A stretch of DNA of 64,000 bases from Octopus vulgaris (GCA_951406725.2 OX597833.1:42160001-42224000), one strand, 5' to 3'; numbered from the stretch's first letter, positions 1-13,019 are shown. Numbers and translations are program-made. Notes: generated from the sequence alone by a model not told the origin.

Positions 1-767
1 AAATTTATTCAATAAAATCACAATTGGCTTCAACCACGCCCTCCAGACAACTTTGGAATCTCCTGCAACTCTGCTGGATGGTCTCTTTGTTTAAGTTAGT
101 GAATGCTGCCATAATTCTTGCCTTCAGTTCACCTTTGGTGTGACAGGGGATTTTGTTCTCTCTTGCTCAACTGCATGCCACATATAATAATCAGGGGGTT
201 GCAGTCTGTAAAGTCAGGTGGCCAGATGTTAGGGGTGATGTGGTTGCAGAAATTGTTTGACAGCCATGACTGGGTTCTCCTGCTTGTGTGGAAAACTGCA
301 GAGTCCTGTTGCAAGGTATAGGGTCTTCCAGCAGCCACACTCTTGACCCAGTGCAGCACCACCTCCTCCAGGCACTTCATGTAAGCCTCCGTGTTGTATA
401 TGAGGTTGTGTGGGAAGATGAATGGAAGCGTGACATCGCCATCACTAGTGATCACTCCAACACCATAATGGTGACTGGATGTTTGATTTTTATCACTCTC
501 AGTACATGTCCTCAGATTGCACTGCCCTCAGATTGATACCCAAACACTCTGAAATGTTGGTATTGGATCTTCTGGCATGAATGCCAAGCATTACAGCATG
601 TTGTTTCCAAATTTCTGGGCGAGTGAATTGTATCATGGTACTGTTTTTCTCACAGATGGTGACCAACTGACCCTACTATACTGTGTAGTCAACAAAATCA
701 AAAACAGACAATGCACATGTGCAAAATTAAAAACATAAAATGGCAACAATTTACCCATTGCACCCGG
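1..767 (-). mobile_element. Decayed Tc1/mariner (DD37D, maT-like) transposon, runs off the window start
   Basis: ORF 129-455(-) has QQDSAVFHT...WPPDFTDCNPL; a 37-residue spacing would put D3 next, where a frameshift occurs. Terminus CCGGGTGCAATGGGTAAATTG abuts TA at 768-769. Internally deleted. Confidence 0.85.
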
Positions 768-812
768 TATATACACAAATCTAAATACATACATATATAT
801 GTATGTATATAT

Positions 813-1178
813 ATACAAAATAAGAAAATGGAGGAATAGATATCTTTCAATCATCAACTACTAGATAATACCAATTCATATAATTTTTTAACTAATTATT
901 GTGGAACATCCAGATCAAACAGAATAATACAGAATAAAACATTATCTAGTAGTTGATGATTGAAAGATATCTATTCCTCCATTTTCTTATTTTGTATTAT
1001 GAATTTGAGGTAAAACATTTTACCTTCGCCCATATAATACAATAAATGAATTAATTGCATTGCAATTCTTAGCATTTATGTATTAGCCTTTATGGGTACT
1101 TTACTGGCAGTATATTGGATAAATGATATCCCATAGTGGGTTACACTCATAACCCCTATCTCACTTTGTAATTTTATG
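813..1178. mobile_element. Penelope-like terminal repeat remnant with perfect 57-bp inverted duplication
   Basis: 813-869 is the exact reverse complement of 941-997. The arm contains TTGATGA-TT-GAAA-GATATC-TA. Flanked by TA-rich microsatellites. Confidence 0.5.
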
Positions 1179-1196
1179 TATATATATATATATATC

Positions 1197-1609
1197 TTCT
1201 ATTTTTTAATTATTATAAATCTTCCACTGAGGAGGGAGCCAGTTTGCAACAAAGATACAAGGCTCCATCTTTGGGATGTAGTTAACACAGACAAATTCAC
1301 ATTTGGAACTTGGGAACAGTCTTGCATATTTTTACTGTTCCACTCACAGATTGCACTTGTAATGTATGAATCAGTCAGTCAATATCTCTTTCTGAAAATC
1401 CCAGTTTATCCAGATTCTCCTTTAAGCATTTACTGACAAAACCTAGTGCTCCAATTAGAATTGGTATGAATATGAATTCATAGTCTGGATATAGAAGCTG
1501 GAGGTTTTGAAGCAGTTGTCCGTAGATATCCTCTTTTACTGTGATTTTCAAAGAGACATTTATATCTCCAGGGTAGCTGACTTCTATCATGGTACAGATC
1601 TTTGCCCCT
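1197..1609 (-). mobile_element. 3' end of an RLE-type (R4/Dong-like) non-LTR retrotransposon
   Basis: IEVSYPGDIN...KEDIYGQL...IPILIGALGFVSKCL...LG matches the restriction-like endonuclease C-terminus. It continues past a stop as LIHTLQVQSVSGTVKICK. Lies between (TA)n and (TATG)n. Confidence 0.75.
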
Positions 1610-1728
1610 ACATGTATGTATGTATGTATGTATGTATGTATGTATGTATGTATGTATGTATGTATGTATGTATGTATGTATGTATGTATGTATGTATATA
1701 TGTATGTATGTATGTACGTATGTATGTA
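1610..1728. repeat. (TATG)n microsatellite
   Basis: Near-perfect tandem TATG units. Confidence 0.98.
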
Positions 1729-2201
1729 TAAAGTTAGTGTTTAAGCCTTCCTAGAATTAAGACTGAATGAATGTGGTGATAAAGCTGTCACTTTTATATT
1801 AATAACTATGAAAGACTGGTGGGAATATTATCTGTATGGACTTAAAGGATTGGTCACTATTTAGTTATATAATTTAGGAGTTAGTTATAGGTTTACTTAT
1901 TGAATTTATTTACTGATACTGTTGTACATGGAGTAAATGTGTTTCTTCGTGGCAGTCTAATTAATTAAGTTAGTGTTTAATCCTTCATAGAATTAAAATT
2001 GAATGAATGTGGTAATATCTAAGGTATGTTTGTTCCCAAACAACACTTATTTTAGTGCTATTGACACCGCTGGATTGAATGGTACTGCCCAGGTGTCGAA
2101 ACTATAGTGATATCCATGGGGCAGCTGATGATGGAAGTATGTTGGATTGTTGGTAAGGCTGTTATTGTATGTATGGAATAGTATTATAACACATCCATTT
2201 G

Positions 2202-2249
<48 letters not shown>

Positions 2250-2309
2250 AATTTATGTATATGTATGTGTATGTATATATATGTATGTGTATGTATATAT
2301 AAACAAAAA

Positions 2310-2555
2310 ATAAACTCCATCAAATGTCAGAGGGGTAAGCTAGAGGTAGTTGATAGCTTCTGTTATCTAGGTGACCAAATCAGTAGTGGAGGTGGATGCG
2401 CCTAGAGAATAGCTGCAAGAATAAGAATAGGTTGGACAAAGTTCAGAGAGCTCCTACCTCTGTTAGAGTCTGGCGCAGCCCCTCAGCTTACCAGCCCTGG
2501 TCAAACCATCCAACCCATGCCAGCATGGACAACAGATGTTAAATGATGATGATGA

Positions 2556-2558
<3 letters not shown>
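2310..2558 (+). mobile_element. RTE-clade LINE fragment joined to its (GAT)n tail
   Basis: KLEVVDSFCYLGDQISSGGGC*RIAARIRIGWTKFRELLPLL followed by the CCAACCCATGCCAGCATGG..(GAT)n tail. Confidence 0.8.
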
Positions 2559-2600
<42 letters not shown>

Positions 2601-2601
<1 letters not shown>

Positions 2602-2718
2602 CAAAATAAGCAATAAGGATATCCAAAGGTAGTGTAGTACAATCGTTTCAGGCTACTTCATTTAATTAAACAATGTAAGTATTACATCAGTTTTAAAATG
2701 TAGAGCACTCTTCAGCCA
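2601..2718 (-). ncRNA. Hammerhead-like motif with long stem II in a Penelope-like terminal repeat
   Basis: Minus strand reads TGG-CTGAAGA-GTGCT...(long stem)...GAAA-CGATTG-TA. Homologous to 18260-18378. Adjacent to (TA)n. Confidence 0.55.
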
Positions 2719-4137
2719 GATATGGAATTTTAAAAATTAAATTGACAATGTTCATTTTTATACTTATTCCATTTGTCAACATTACAAAGAGGGTAGGTAT
2801 ATAGACAGAGAGGTGAATTTCATCAGGGGAGTGTGCTGAGAACTTCCTACCTTTGGGTAAAATAAAATACAGGATGATCAATAAATAATGATTTTATTCA
2901 ACATATTCCTCTCTCAGATTCACATACTTATAGCAGCAGTCCTTCAGTTTTTCTAAGTCCTGTAAAAGAGTTCGGAAGACTGGGCCTCCAATCAGGCCTT
3001 TCATGATTGAGGAAAGACTCAAAATACACAGAAACTGATGGTGGCCTATGTCAGCAAAAGATAATGTATAAAAGTTTGTAGAAGAAAAATGAATTATAGT
3101 GAGATGATTTATTGTGATGAGTAAGAAAATCCAACATGTTAAACGTTTGTCCTTTGAAAAGAAAGTAAATATAGAGGCTTTAATACCACAGTTGCAAAAT
3201 TCATGAATGAGCTTTACACAACAGAAATCTCTGTTGGTTTTTTATTGCTGGTAGCAAATATAATTGTTGGTCTAGATACATACAATGCCGCAATAATTTG
3301 GGATAGTGGTTTCAGGGCTAGTCAGTTCGATGGGATTGCTATGTCATGTGCTCTTAATCTCTTGACTGGAAAAAGGAGGAGAGTAGGGTGAATTTTTCTC
3401 TCCTGTGATTCTTGTTACATACAGTTTTTTTTCTCTTCATCCATTCTGTATTTCTCAAACACACATCTACCTCTGCATCATTTATAAAATTAATTAAATT
3501 TCAAAAATTATTCTAGTGTAAGAACTACAGCTATTTTGAAATTTAGTTTTCTCTTTAGTGTAATTCGTGATGTTTAAAATTCAAATTCAAAATGTATGTT
3601 TTCAATTTTTTCTCAACATCCTCCTCCCTAATTACTCTCTTCAAAGGTTCAATAGGATTGTCATTGAATTCCTATAATATTAGGACACTTCAACTCAATA
3701 TCATTTACTATGCTGCTAAGTGTGTGTGCATTCTGAATACTGGAACAGGATGAACTGGACTTTAATATAATAAAGTAAAACCACAAACCAAAAACTGGGT
3801 TCAGCATAACTGACAATACTCTTCCCTATTCATTTGCGGTTTTCTGCCTTGCATTCTAAGAAGCAATTATATTACAGTAAACTTGAAATCTGCTTTATAT
3901 TTTGTCTTTTAACTGTTTACTTATTTCAGTCATTGGACAGTAGCCATGCTGGAGCACCACCTTGAAGGACTTCGTAAAAAAAAAATTGACTCCAGTAGTA
4001 TTTTTTAAATTTGGCATTTATTCTATCAATCTCTTTTGACAAACCACAAATGAAGGGGGATATAAATAAACTAACATCTGTTATCAAGTGGTAGAGAGAG
4101 GACAAACTCAAAAACACACACACTACATAAATACATG

Positions 4138-4185
<48 letters not shown>

Positions 4186-4361
4186 GTTAATCCAAACAAG
4201 AAAACACAGAAAAAAAACACAGCAACGCGAGGACGTGGAACAATTAAAGTATTATTTGACGCTCAGGAAAGAAGGGAAGGAGGGTTTAACGTTTCGAGTG
4301 GAGCTCTTCGTCGGAAACAAGGAGAAGGAAAGATCCCGAGAAGGGAAGACAGGGAAGAGAT

Positions 4362-4364
<3 letters not shown>
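4186..4364 (-). mobile_element. Solo Penelope-like terminal repeat with hammerhead-like motif (4284-4318)
   Basis: Minus strand reads GTTT-CCGACGAA-GAGCTCCACTC-GAAA-CG-TT-AAAC. Same family as 31930-32115 and 45061-45266. (TA)n on both sides. Confidence 0.7.
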
Positions 4365-4436
<72 letters not shown>

Positions 4437-4600
4437 CAATCTGTAAGGAGGTTGATGTTAGGAAGGGCATCCAGCTGTAAAAACCCTGCCAAAACAGACA
4501 GCGAAGTCTGGTTTGGTTTCTGCCTAGCCAGTCCCTGTCAAGCTGTCCAGCCCATGCCAGCATGGAAAACAGACATTAAATGATGATGATGATGATGAGG

Positions 4601-4638
<38 letters not shown>

Positions 4639-4799
4639 TATATATAAAACAGACACAGTAGCCTTGGGTAGATTTTCTACCTGGCCGGCTCCTGTTAACC
4701 ATCCTACCGATGCATGCATGGAAGGTGGACATTAAACAATGATGATGCTGATGATGCTGAAGATGACGATGATATATATATGTATATATATTGTATAAA

Positions 4800-5580
4800 T
4801 CATCATCAACATCATCTTTTAACATCTGTTTTCCATGCTGGTATGGGTTTGACGGTTTGACTGGGGACTGGCAAACCAGGAGGCCGACCCAGGGTCCAAT
4901 CTGATCTGGCAATGTTTCTACAGCTGGATGCCCTTCCTAACGCCAACCACTCTGAGAGTGTAGTAGGTGCTTTTTATGTGCCACTGGCATGGGAGCCAGT
5001 CAGGTAGCACTGGCATTGGCCATGTTCGGATGGTGCTTTTTATGTGCTACCAGAACAGGAGCCAGTCTGGGCGGGGGGGGGGGGCTGGTATCGATCATGT
5101 TCGGAAGGTGTTATTTTGTGCCACCGGCATGGGGAGCCACTCAGGTGGTACTGGCAATGACTCATGCATGAATGGTGCTTATTGCGTGCCACCAGCACGA
5201 GAGCCAGTCAGGAGGCACTGGCATCAGCCACAACTACAATTTCTATTTTTGATTGTGATTTGATTTTTGATTTTACTTGACTCAATAGGTTTCCTCAAGC
5301 ATGGCGTGTCACCTGACGATTCAAAGGTACTTTTTAAATGGGCTAGTTATGTGACACTGGTGTAGGTTATGGCTGTGATCTCACTTTAATTGCTTGGTCT
5401 TCTCAATCACAGCATATTTCCAGAGGTCTTGGTCTCTTGTCATTGCCTCTCTGAGGCCCAACGTTTGAAGATCAATGCTTCACTACCTTATCCCATGTCT
5501 TCCTGGATCTCCCTCTTCCATAGGTTCCTTCCACTGTTTGGGAGTGACACTTTTTCACACAACTCTCCTCATCCATACGC
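4800..5580 (-). mobile_element. RTE-clade LINE 3' end: ORF C-terminus, long 3' UTR with ~60-bp internal repeats, (GAT)n tail
   Basis: Minus 5580-5395 translates RMDEESCVKKC...GRGRSRKTWDKVVK..DLQTLGL..RDQDLWK. This links the abundant GGAAGGGCATCCAGCTGTAGAAAC / (GAT)n repeats of this window to an RTE 3' UTR. Confidence 0.75.
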
Positions 5581-6199
5581 AGCAGTTGACTATGGTGCTG
5601 CTACACCAGTCATTGGGTATGACTCCTTTGTGCCACACAGTTTTTGCCTGCCAAAATCAATCACAAGGCATTGGTTAACTATGGGCTATAGTAGAAGACA
5701 CTTGACCAAAATGCTGTACAGTGGGACTGAACCCAAAACTATATGGTTGCAAAATGAACTTCTTAATCACACACCCATGCTTATGCCTACACATAGCCAT
5801 ACCTATGTTTGCAAAATAGATGCTTAAATGACAGCATACCATATCTCAAATGTGAAATAAATTTACAACTGAAGATGAACTACTTAAAAAAAAACAGAAG
5901 CATTTAACTGCAACATTAAAACAGTATAAGCAATATGCCCTAGTCTTATTAGGCAATGTTGTTTCAAAGCATGAATTAATATGTGGACTATTGTTGTTTA
6001 ACTCCCAGGTCAACTCTGATTAGAGCAGACCTTTCATCAAATATGTACCAACAAGTATACTATTTAATGTATCCTTTTCTTTATTAAGAGGGCAGGGATA
6101 ATTTGAGGGAGATCTGCTATTTATAGCAGATTGAGTGACTACATAGAAGTTTTGTTGTCAGATTGTAGCTTCATTTATTGATGTTGTATGTAGCTAATA

Positions 6200-6427
6200 T
6201 TAAACCTTTAGTATTCAGATTACTCAGTTAAATGAAATGCTTATTCATTCACATTGCTTTGAAGTAATCATGTATTATCTCATAGCTTTCAAATTTTGAT
6301 GATGTGGTTGTTTACTTTTAGAATGACATTGTAAGGTAGGTGCAAGAGGCTTGACCTGGCTGGTTTCAATGTAAGACAGAGAGAATGTTAGAGCTGGATA
6401 TGGCCAATTTGAATGTTAAAGGGTTAA
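6200..6427. mobile_element. TTAA-type (piggyBac-like) MITE
   Basis: Ends TTAAACCTTTAGTATTCA ... TGAATGTTAAAGGGTTAA are inverted repeats. Related to 60199-60427. Confidence 0.65.
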
Positions 6428-7559
6428 GAGACATATTATATAATAATAATGAAATTATTGTATACAGTGCTCAGGTGCACCACAAATGCTCAGGTGCACT
6501 ACAAATGCTCAGGTGCACCATATTGTGATGTATTACTTGTACTGGTGTTGGCATTCACATGAATTGTGTTGACTCCATTCACTGAATCCACAGCATCATG
6601 AACAGAAGCCAACCAGATGTCTGATGGAGAGATTTTCAACTACTTATGATGCCACAAGAAGACATTATATAGGCAAAGATCAGATAACAACTGGAAATCC
6701 AACTTGATTGTAAACATTTTTAGCTGTCCACCTCACTGCTTATGCCATCCCAAAAAAGGCTTTGATATGGCTGCATGCAAATTAGTTCACTGTGTGGGTA
6801 ACCAAATCAATGGGACCTATTTTGTGTAGGAGTGGCTGAAAGGAATCAGCATAGTAATAATAAAAGACTTCAGTTCAATACAAAATCCAGAGCCGCTGCA
6901 TGTTTGATCCTTTCATAATTCCAATTTCAATCAAGCAAATGCAGTTTAAGTACCTTAAAGAGTTTTGAAACTAATCAAGAATTTTGAGAGAATTAGTAAC
7001 TTTATTTATTGATTTTATTAGTATAATTTATCAGATACAATGTTTGGAACTCAACAAAAGGCTATTACATGAAACCAAGATGAAATCTTTTTCTTTTGAA
7101 ATCACAATATTTTGGTAGAGATTTAAATTTAAATATATCTACTTTAACATTAGTTGTTTTTGTTTAGCTCCAGGCCAGCCTTGTTAGGCAGACTGATGAT
7201 TAAAGGCCGTTCAGCTGTAAACCATCCTATATTCATACGTGTAGGGAACTCAGGACTACAATACCCAGTGTACCCATTTCTAAGATGATGGGGTGTAATC
7301 TGAAAGAAATTTGGCTGCTATTTTTAACAAGCCAAGTGACCACACAGAAGCTCCCTTATTGGCTTACAACTCACTCATTGGCTTGTAGTTTGTGTTACTG
7401 CTGTTGCTGGTGTCATTGACTATCATGATTGATATCAACCTGTGCTAGACCTCCCTTGGTTCTACAATACCAGATAATCTGAAACAGCTGCTTCAGATTG
7501 GTTGGTAATGCAGAACCAAGAGCAGTCTTGCACAGGTTGATATGAATCATGTTAAACTA

Positions 7560-8306
7560 CGAGGGGGATGCTGCAAAGTATCTGGTTTTAAGGATATCAT
7601 GAGAGGCCTGGTTGGAGGCCCAAGCTTCTGAGTTCTTTTACAGGGCTTTGAAAAACTGAAGGACTGCTGCAATAAGTGTGTGAATCTGAGAGGGGAATAT
7701 CATCATCATCATCATCATCATTTAACGTCTGCTTTCCATGCTGGCATGGTTTGGACGATTTGACTGAGGTCTGGCGAACCAGACTCCAATCTGATCTGGC
7801 AGAGTTTCTACAGCTGGATGCCCTTCCTAACGCCAACCACTCCGAGAGTGTAGTTTTATGTGCCACCGGCATGAGGGCCAGTTTGGTGGTACTGGCAACG
7901 GCCACGCCCAAATGGTGCTTTTTACGTGCCACCTGCACAGGAGCCAGTCCAGCAGCACTGGCGACGACCTCGCTCGAATATTTCACATGCCACAAGCACA
8001 AGTGCTAGTAAGGTGACGCAGTAACGATCACGCTCAAAAGGTGTGCTTAACGTGCCATCGGCACAAAGGCTAGCTTGTTGCTCTGGCAACGATTTCACTC
8101 GTATGGTACTCTTAGCGCTCCACTAGCAACGGATGCCAGTCACCGAATTTGATTTCGACTTCGATTTCACTTGCCTCAACTGGTCTTCGCAAGCAGAGTT
8201 TAGTGTCCAATGAAGAAAAGGCACGCATAAGTGGGCTAACAAAATCATAATTAACTGTATTCTTTTTTTTTTGACACAAAGCCAGGAACTTTTCAGCGTC
8301 TCCTCG
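7560..8306. mobile_element. Mariner-type MITE interrupted by an RTE 3' UTR insertion (~7700-8235, minus)
   Basis: TA-CGAGGGGGATGCTGCAAAG ... CTTTTCAGCGTCTCCTCG-TA gives TIRs with TA duplication. Related copies at 2825-3000 and 28214-28409. Confidence 0.8.
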
Positions 8307-9065
8307 TAGGATTACTCCAATATTTCCTGATCTCAATACACAAATCATGTTATTAGCCAATCACCACTTAACATATAGAATATACTCAAAAGAATACACT
8401 ACTTTAAACCAGTTGATAGAATTTTTTAAAAAATACAATAAATATATAATTAAAAGTGTTCATAAATACATTAGAATAACCTCAACAATATGAAGAGAAA
8501 GAAACTAAATAAAGTGATTCGTCATACATAACTACTCAATGAAGCATGTCTAACTTAATTATATAGCTTTTATATTTCCAAGTAATTTGTTTTACACAAT
8601 AGTCATAAAAACTGCATGACTTTGAGTGAATTATTAAGGGAACTGCTATGTGGTCATTCAATATATTAGAAATAGATACTAAATTTTCTTTCAATCACAC
8701 ACTGTGGTCTTTAGGTAAGCAATAATTAAGACTACATTGTATGATTCAGTAAAAGATATGTAACAAAGGCTGAATAGTCCTCGTGGGAATGTTTTGATTA
8801 TATTTCTTCTAATGAAGTGCTAATATGGTACTAAACAAGAATAATGTGACCTAAAAGCAACAATGGCAGTATTTCCTCTTTTTACTTTGCAAACAGGTAA
8901 GGAAAGGTCTTTGTCAATCAAATTGAATGGATATTAAATCTGAGTGTATGTACGTATGGCATGTGTGTGTGTGTGGTAGGGTGTTATTTAGATACACACA
9001 CATACATGCACATACACAGACAAAGACACAGGTATATTAATATCAGAAAAATTGAATGCCTTTAC

Positions 9066-9460
9066 TAACCTGTGAAGAACCTACCTGCTACTGTAACAGA
9101 AGAAAACATCACTATTAGACATGAAGGCCTGGTCCAAAGCAAAGGATTCAAATACCTAGACATCATCTCAGATAATGTATAATTGGACCAGGAAATTACA
9201 GAATGAGCAGAGCTCACAGAATGGACAGCAACAGACTTCCAAGACAACTCCTTTACTCCCAACTATGGAAGAGGAGAAGAAACCATGGAAGGCCTAGACT
9301 GAGATTCAAAGATGCTGCAAAAAGGAATATGAAGTGGAAAGGAATTGATCACAATAAATGTCAAACTCAAGAGAAAAACCGAGCAATATGGAGAAAGCTT
9401 AAAGCTTATCAAGTCATCCCAAAACCACGAACAGTTATAGTTTCAGGTACAGACTGCTAA
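9066..9460 (+). mobile_element. RTE-clade LINE 3' fragment (internally deleted)
   Basis: FKYLD and HRMDSNRLPRQLLYSQL..RRRNHGRPRLRFKD motifs are typical of the RTE C-terminal region. Confidence 0.8.
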
Positions 9461-9464
9461 TGAT

Positions 9465-9990
9465 ATCATCATCATCATCATCATTTAACATTCATTTTCC
9501 ATGCTGGCATGGGTTAGAGGGTTTGACTAGGGACTGGCAAGCCAGGAGGCTGCACCAAACTCCAATCTGATCTGGCAATGTTTCTACAGCTGGATGCCCT
9601 CCCTAACGCCATCCATTCCGAGAATGTAGTGGGTGCTTTTTACGTGCCACTGGCACAGGAGCCAGTTGGGTAGCACCTGCATCAGCCACATTCGGATGGT
9701 GCTTTTTACATGCTACCGGAACAGGAGCCAGTCGGGGCGGTAGTGCTGGCATCAACCACTTTCGGATGTTGCTTTTTATGTGCCACCAGTACCGGAAGGC
9801 AGTCAGGTGGCACTGGCATCGACTCATGCATGAATGATGCTTATTGCATGTCACCAGCATGGAAGCCAGTCAGGCAGCACTGGCACTGGCCACAACTACA
9901 ATATCCATTTTGATTTCGATTTGATTGAGATTCTGATTTTACTTGGCTGAATAGGTTTCCTCAAGCATGGCATGAGGCCCAATGTTTGAA
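9465..9990 (-). mobile_element. RTE 3' UTR fragment
   Basis: (CAT)n followed by the same UTR sequence as 4800-5300. Confidence 0.75.
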
Positions 9991-10269
9991 AAAAAAAATG
10001 TACTGGAATGTACTGGCAGCATTTCTCAGACCAAAAGGCATAGATAGGAATTAAAATGAACCAAACGGAGTGGTTACAGCAGTTTTAGCTATATCTTCTG
10101 AGTTCATTGGGTTTTGGTGGTATGCACATACCAGATCTACTTTGGAAAATATAGTGCAATCATGAAGTACATAAAAAAAGCCCCTTAAGTTGGGTAGGGG
10201 ATAGTGATTGGGCATGGTAATAGTATTAAGTTTCCTGAATTACCAACAGGTCTGAAATCCACTTTATTC

Positions 10270-12697
10270 TTCTGAGCTAAATATAGCGGAGATGCCCAAG
10301 GGCTAGCAGAAGGATGTATAAGACCAAGCTGGAGCATGTGCTTGAATTCAGCACGGGCTTTCTTGAGTCTGCTGGATGAGAGAAAATAGTGGGGTCAGTT
10401 GTTGTAATAAAATGTTGAGTTGAGTGGACTGTCTGGGAAGGTTTAAAGGAGAAATCCGTTAACTCAAGCAACGAGGAAAGCAGCATATGGAACTGGTTAT
10501 TGGCAGCAGCTACAAAAAAATGATAGGCTAAGGATAGTAGTGGTAGATCCACTTGTAGGCATAAATAAAGATTGGTAGTATCCACAAGTCTCTGTTTCCT
10601 GACACCTACCAGAAGTGAATAGTGGTTTAAGAAATCCACCCTAAGGATAGGATGCAGCAGGTCAGCAATGACAAAAGTCCATTTAAAATCTCAACGCAAT
10701 GCAACGTCTTTCAGTTAAAGAAACCTGACCATAGGTTTTGATGGGAGAGTGGTTCACTGCATATAAGGAAATACTGGATAACTGTGGCTTGTTAGAGCTG
10801 AACCATAATGGCAAAATACTGCAACTTGATCCTGTATCGACCATGAACGACCTGTTTGAGTCTAGGTCCCTAATGAAGAAAGCACGATTAGCTGAAAAGT
10901 TGTGAGAGAGGTCTGATGCATCCAGGCTCTCTAGGTTCAGTTTTCCGATACTTTAAAAGCACAAGGTTTGTTACAATGATGTACCTTGTCGTGAAAACGT
11001 GCATGGTACCAACACACTGAAGAATTGTTGGTTGAAAAAGTGTTACGTCGTTTAGAAAAAGAAGAGTGGCTTCGCAAATTGAGCTATTTGGCGTGTTAAA
11101 CTGTTGATAGCCTTCAACATGGCGTCTTTATTTTTATTATTAGGCTGCTGTTGAGAAGATGGTGAAGCAATAACTGAATCAACCGCAGTGGGTCTGTGAA
11201 TTCCATTATTTTATCTTCGGACGGAACTATTTGATCTATGGTGTTGGTGTCAACCATATTTGCTAATATTGTTTGTACATTAGTTGGTAAGTGGGAAAAA
11301 ATAATTTCTTTATGAAGAAACTGTCCGCTGGTGTGTTGTCACTAAGTTCTCTAAACCGCCTAAGAAATTCTGAAAATCACCCAGGTTCTCATCTTGTAAC
11401 AAAGCAGGGAAACGGCTTTCTGCTGATATGGAATTTCTGCGTAGTATTTTGGTTCTCAAAGCATCGTAGGTCACTCTTTGTGGAAGATTTGTGATGATAT
11501 CTTTAACGGTGTCTGCTAATATGGTGGGAATGCCACTAATAAGCACGTGTAGCTTTTGTGGAGTGGCTTGTATACCATGTGCTGTGAAATAAGAATCAAG
11601 CTGTGCAAACCATAGCTTAGTGTTGCCGGAATAAGCTGGTATGGAAGTGTTACTCATGATTATAACAAAGAACAGGTGTGACAAGTGACTTTCTTGTTGG
11701 TCGTGGAAGACACAAAATTATTTCAAAATTAGAATATCAGAGGTGCTGATAGAGTAATATAGAAATTACCATGAAAAGTGTAGTATGGCATTGATGTACC
11801 ATTTGCTGTGGTTTGCGTATCTAGACGAGTTGAGTTTGCTATATTATCATAGTGAAGCGGCTATCGTGTTCTTAATGTTGGGTTCACTATTTTATAGTGA
11901 TGTCAGGGTTATCCATTTTTGGTGGTAACATTGGCTTAATGACACATTATAATTTAGTCGGTATGAGAGAAACCGTGATCACTGTGACCGACCAGGTTAT
12001 CAGATGTCGCTACACATCGCTGGTCACAATGCGCTTCTCATTGTTTTAGCCTTCAAATGATGCCACCCCTCTGGCTAAGCGAACAGGCCAACAGAAGAAA
12101 GAATGAGAGAAAGTTGTGGCGAAAGAGTGCAGCAGGGATTGCCACCAACCCCTGCCGGAGCTTCATGGAGCTTTAGGTGTTTTCGCTCAATAAACACTCA
12201 CAACGCCTGGTCTGGGAATCGAAACTGCGATCCTACAACCGCGAGTCCGCTGCCCTAACCACTGGGCCATTGTGCCTCCATGAGAGAAACAACAACAAGA
12301 AAACAGAAATTCATGAGACGCTTGTGATAAGTCATAACTTTTATTACTAGAGGTAATACATTAACATAAAAGGTTAATTGAAGGAAAGCTTATAACATTA
12401 CATGAATGTGTTCTGTTTGCAGGCACATGTCTCCAAGTAAGTAAGATGAACGTGAACGCAAGCAGATGTAAAGTGTGACAGCTTGACTCAAAGCCAGCCT
12501 AAGGCTAGACAGTCATGGAGTGGCATGAATTTAGAATTTCTTTCCTTTATATAAGGGATGGACTGGAAGTCCTCGACTTCCACGTAAACTGGAAGCTTCC
12601 AGAAAGGTCTCAAACATTCTAGAAGCTCGAGGGAGATTACTCTCGTTAAATCCCTTTTCCGTTTTGCTTCCTGTCGTAGCCACCAGGGGTCACTACA
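10270..12697 (-). mobile_element. Ty3/Gypsy LTR retrotransposon remnant (5' LTR, PBS, gag, protease, start of pol)
   Basis: Gag KLWFAQLDSYF..., CWYHARF..C..PC Cys/His motif (~11015-10960), protease FMVDTGSSCSI (~10845-10815), DFLNHYSLLV..QRLVDTT and SPWASPL. LTR TGTAGTG(12697)...CACTATA(11893) is followed by PBS-like TAGTGAACCC. Many stops and frameshifts. Confidence 0.85.
11974..12279 (-). mobile_element. tRNA-derived SINE (family C) inserted in the Gypsy LTR
   Basis: A box TGGCCCAGTGG and B box GTTTCGATTCC. TSD ATGAGAGAAAC at 11963-11973 and 12280-12290. Second copy at 38063-38367. Confidence 0.9.
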
Positions 12698-13019
12698 GAG
12701 TCATCCAATGTATACCCAGGATGTTTCTCAAACATTGCTGATGAAAGTGCCCACGTGATTTTAGGTGATGGCACTACACTATCCATGTTCCACATGAAAA
12801 TAATTGGCATGTTAATATGCAGACATTGTAGACCGTCAATTAGGTGTTATTTTTCAAGATTCTCTGGCACCAGAAATGATCCTTTAGAGTGATAAAAGCA
12901 TCAGTGGCTGCTTTTATTTGTGTGGTAAGCTCATCATCTAAAGAGCAGCATCGGTTGATAGAGCTACACAGGTTTGAAACTTATCAACATACATAAATAC
13001 ATACATACAACATATGTAT

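Noticed and set aside
2060-2135. GAAACTATAGTG with nearby CTGATGA, possible hammerhead
   Set aside because: The core upstream of GAAA is missing and the cleavage triplet would be GUG; at best a decayed relic.
12195-12279. tRNA-like sequence (also the heads of SINE families A and B)
   Set aside because: A/B boxes continue into SINE bodies, this one with a TSD, and no clean cloverleaf is evident; SINE heads, not tRNA genes.
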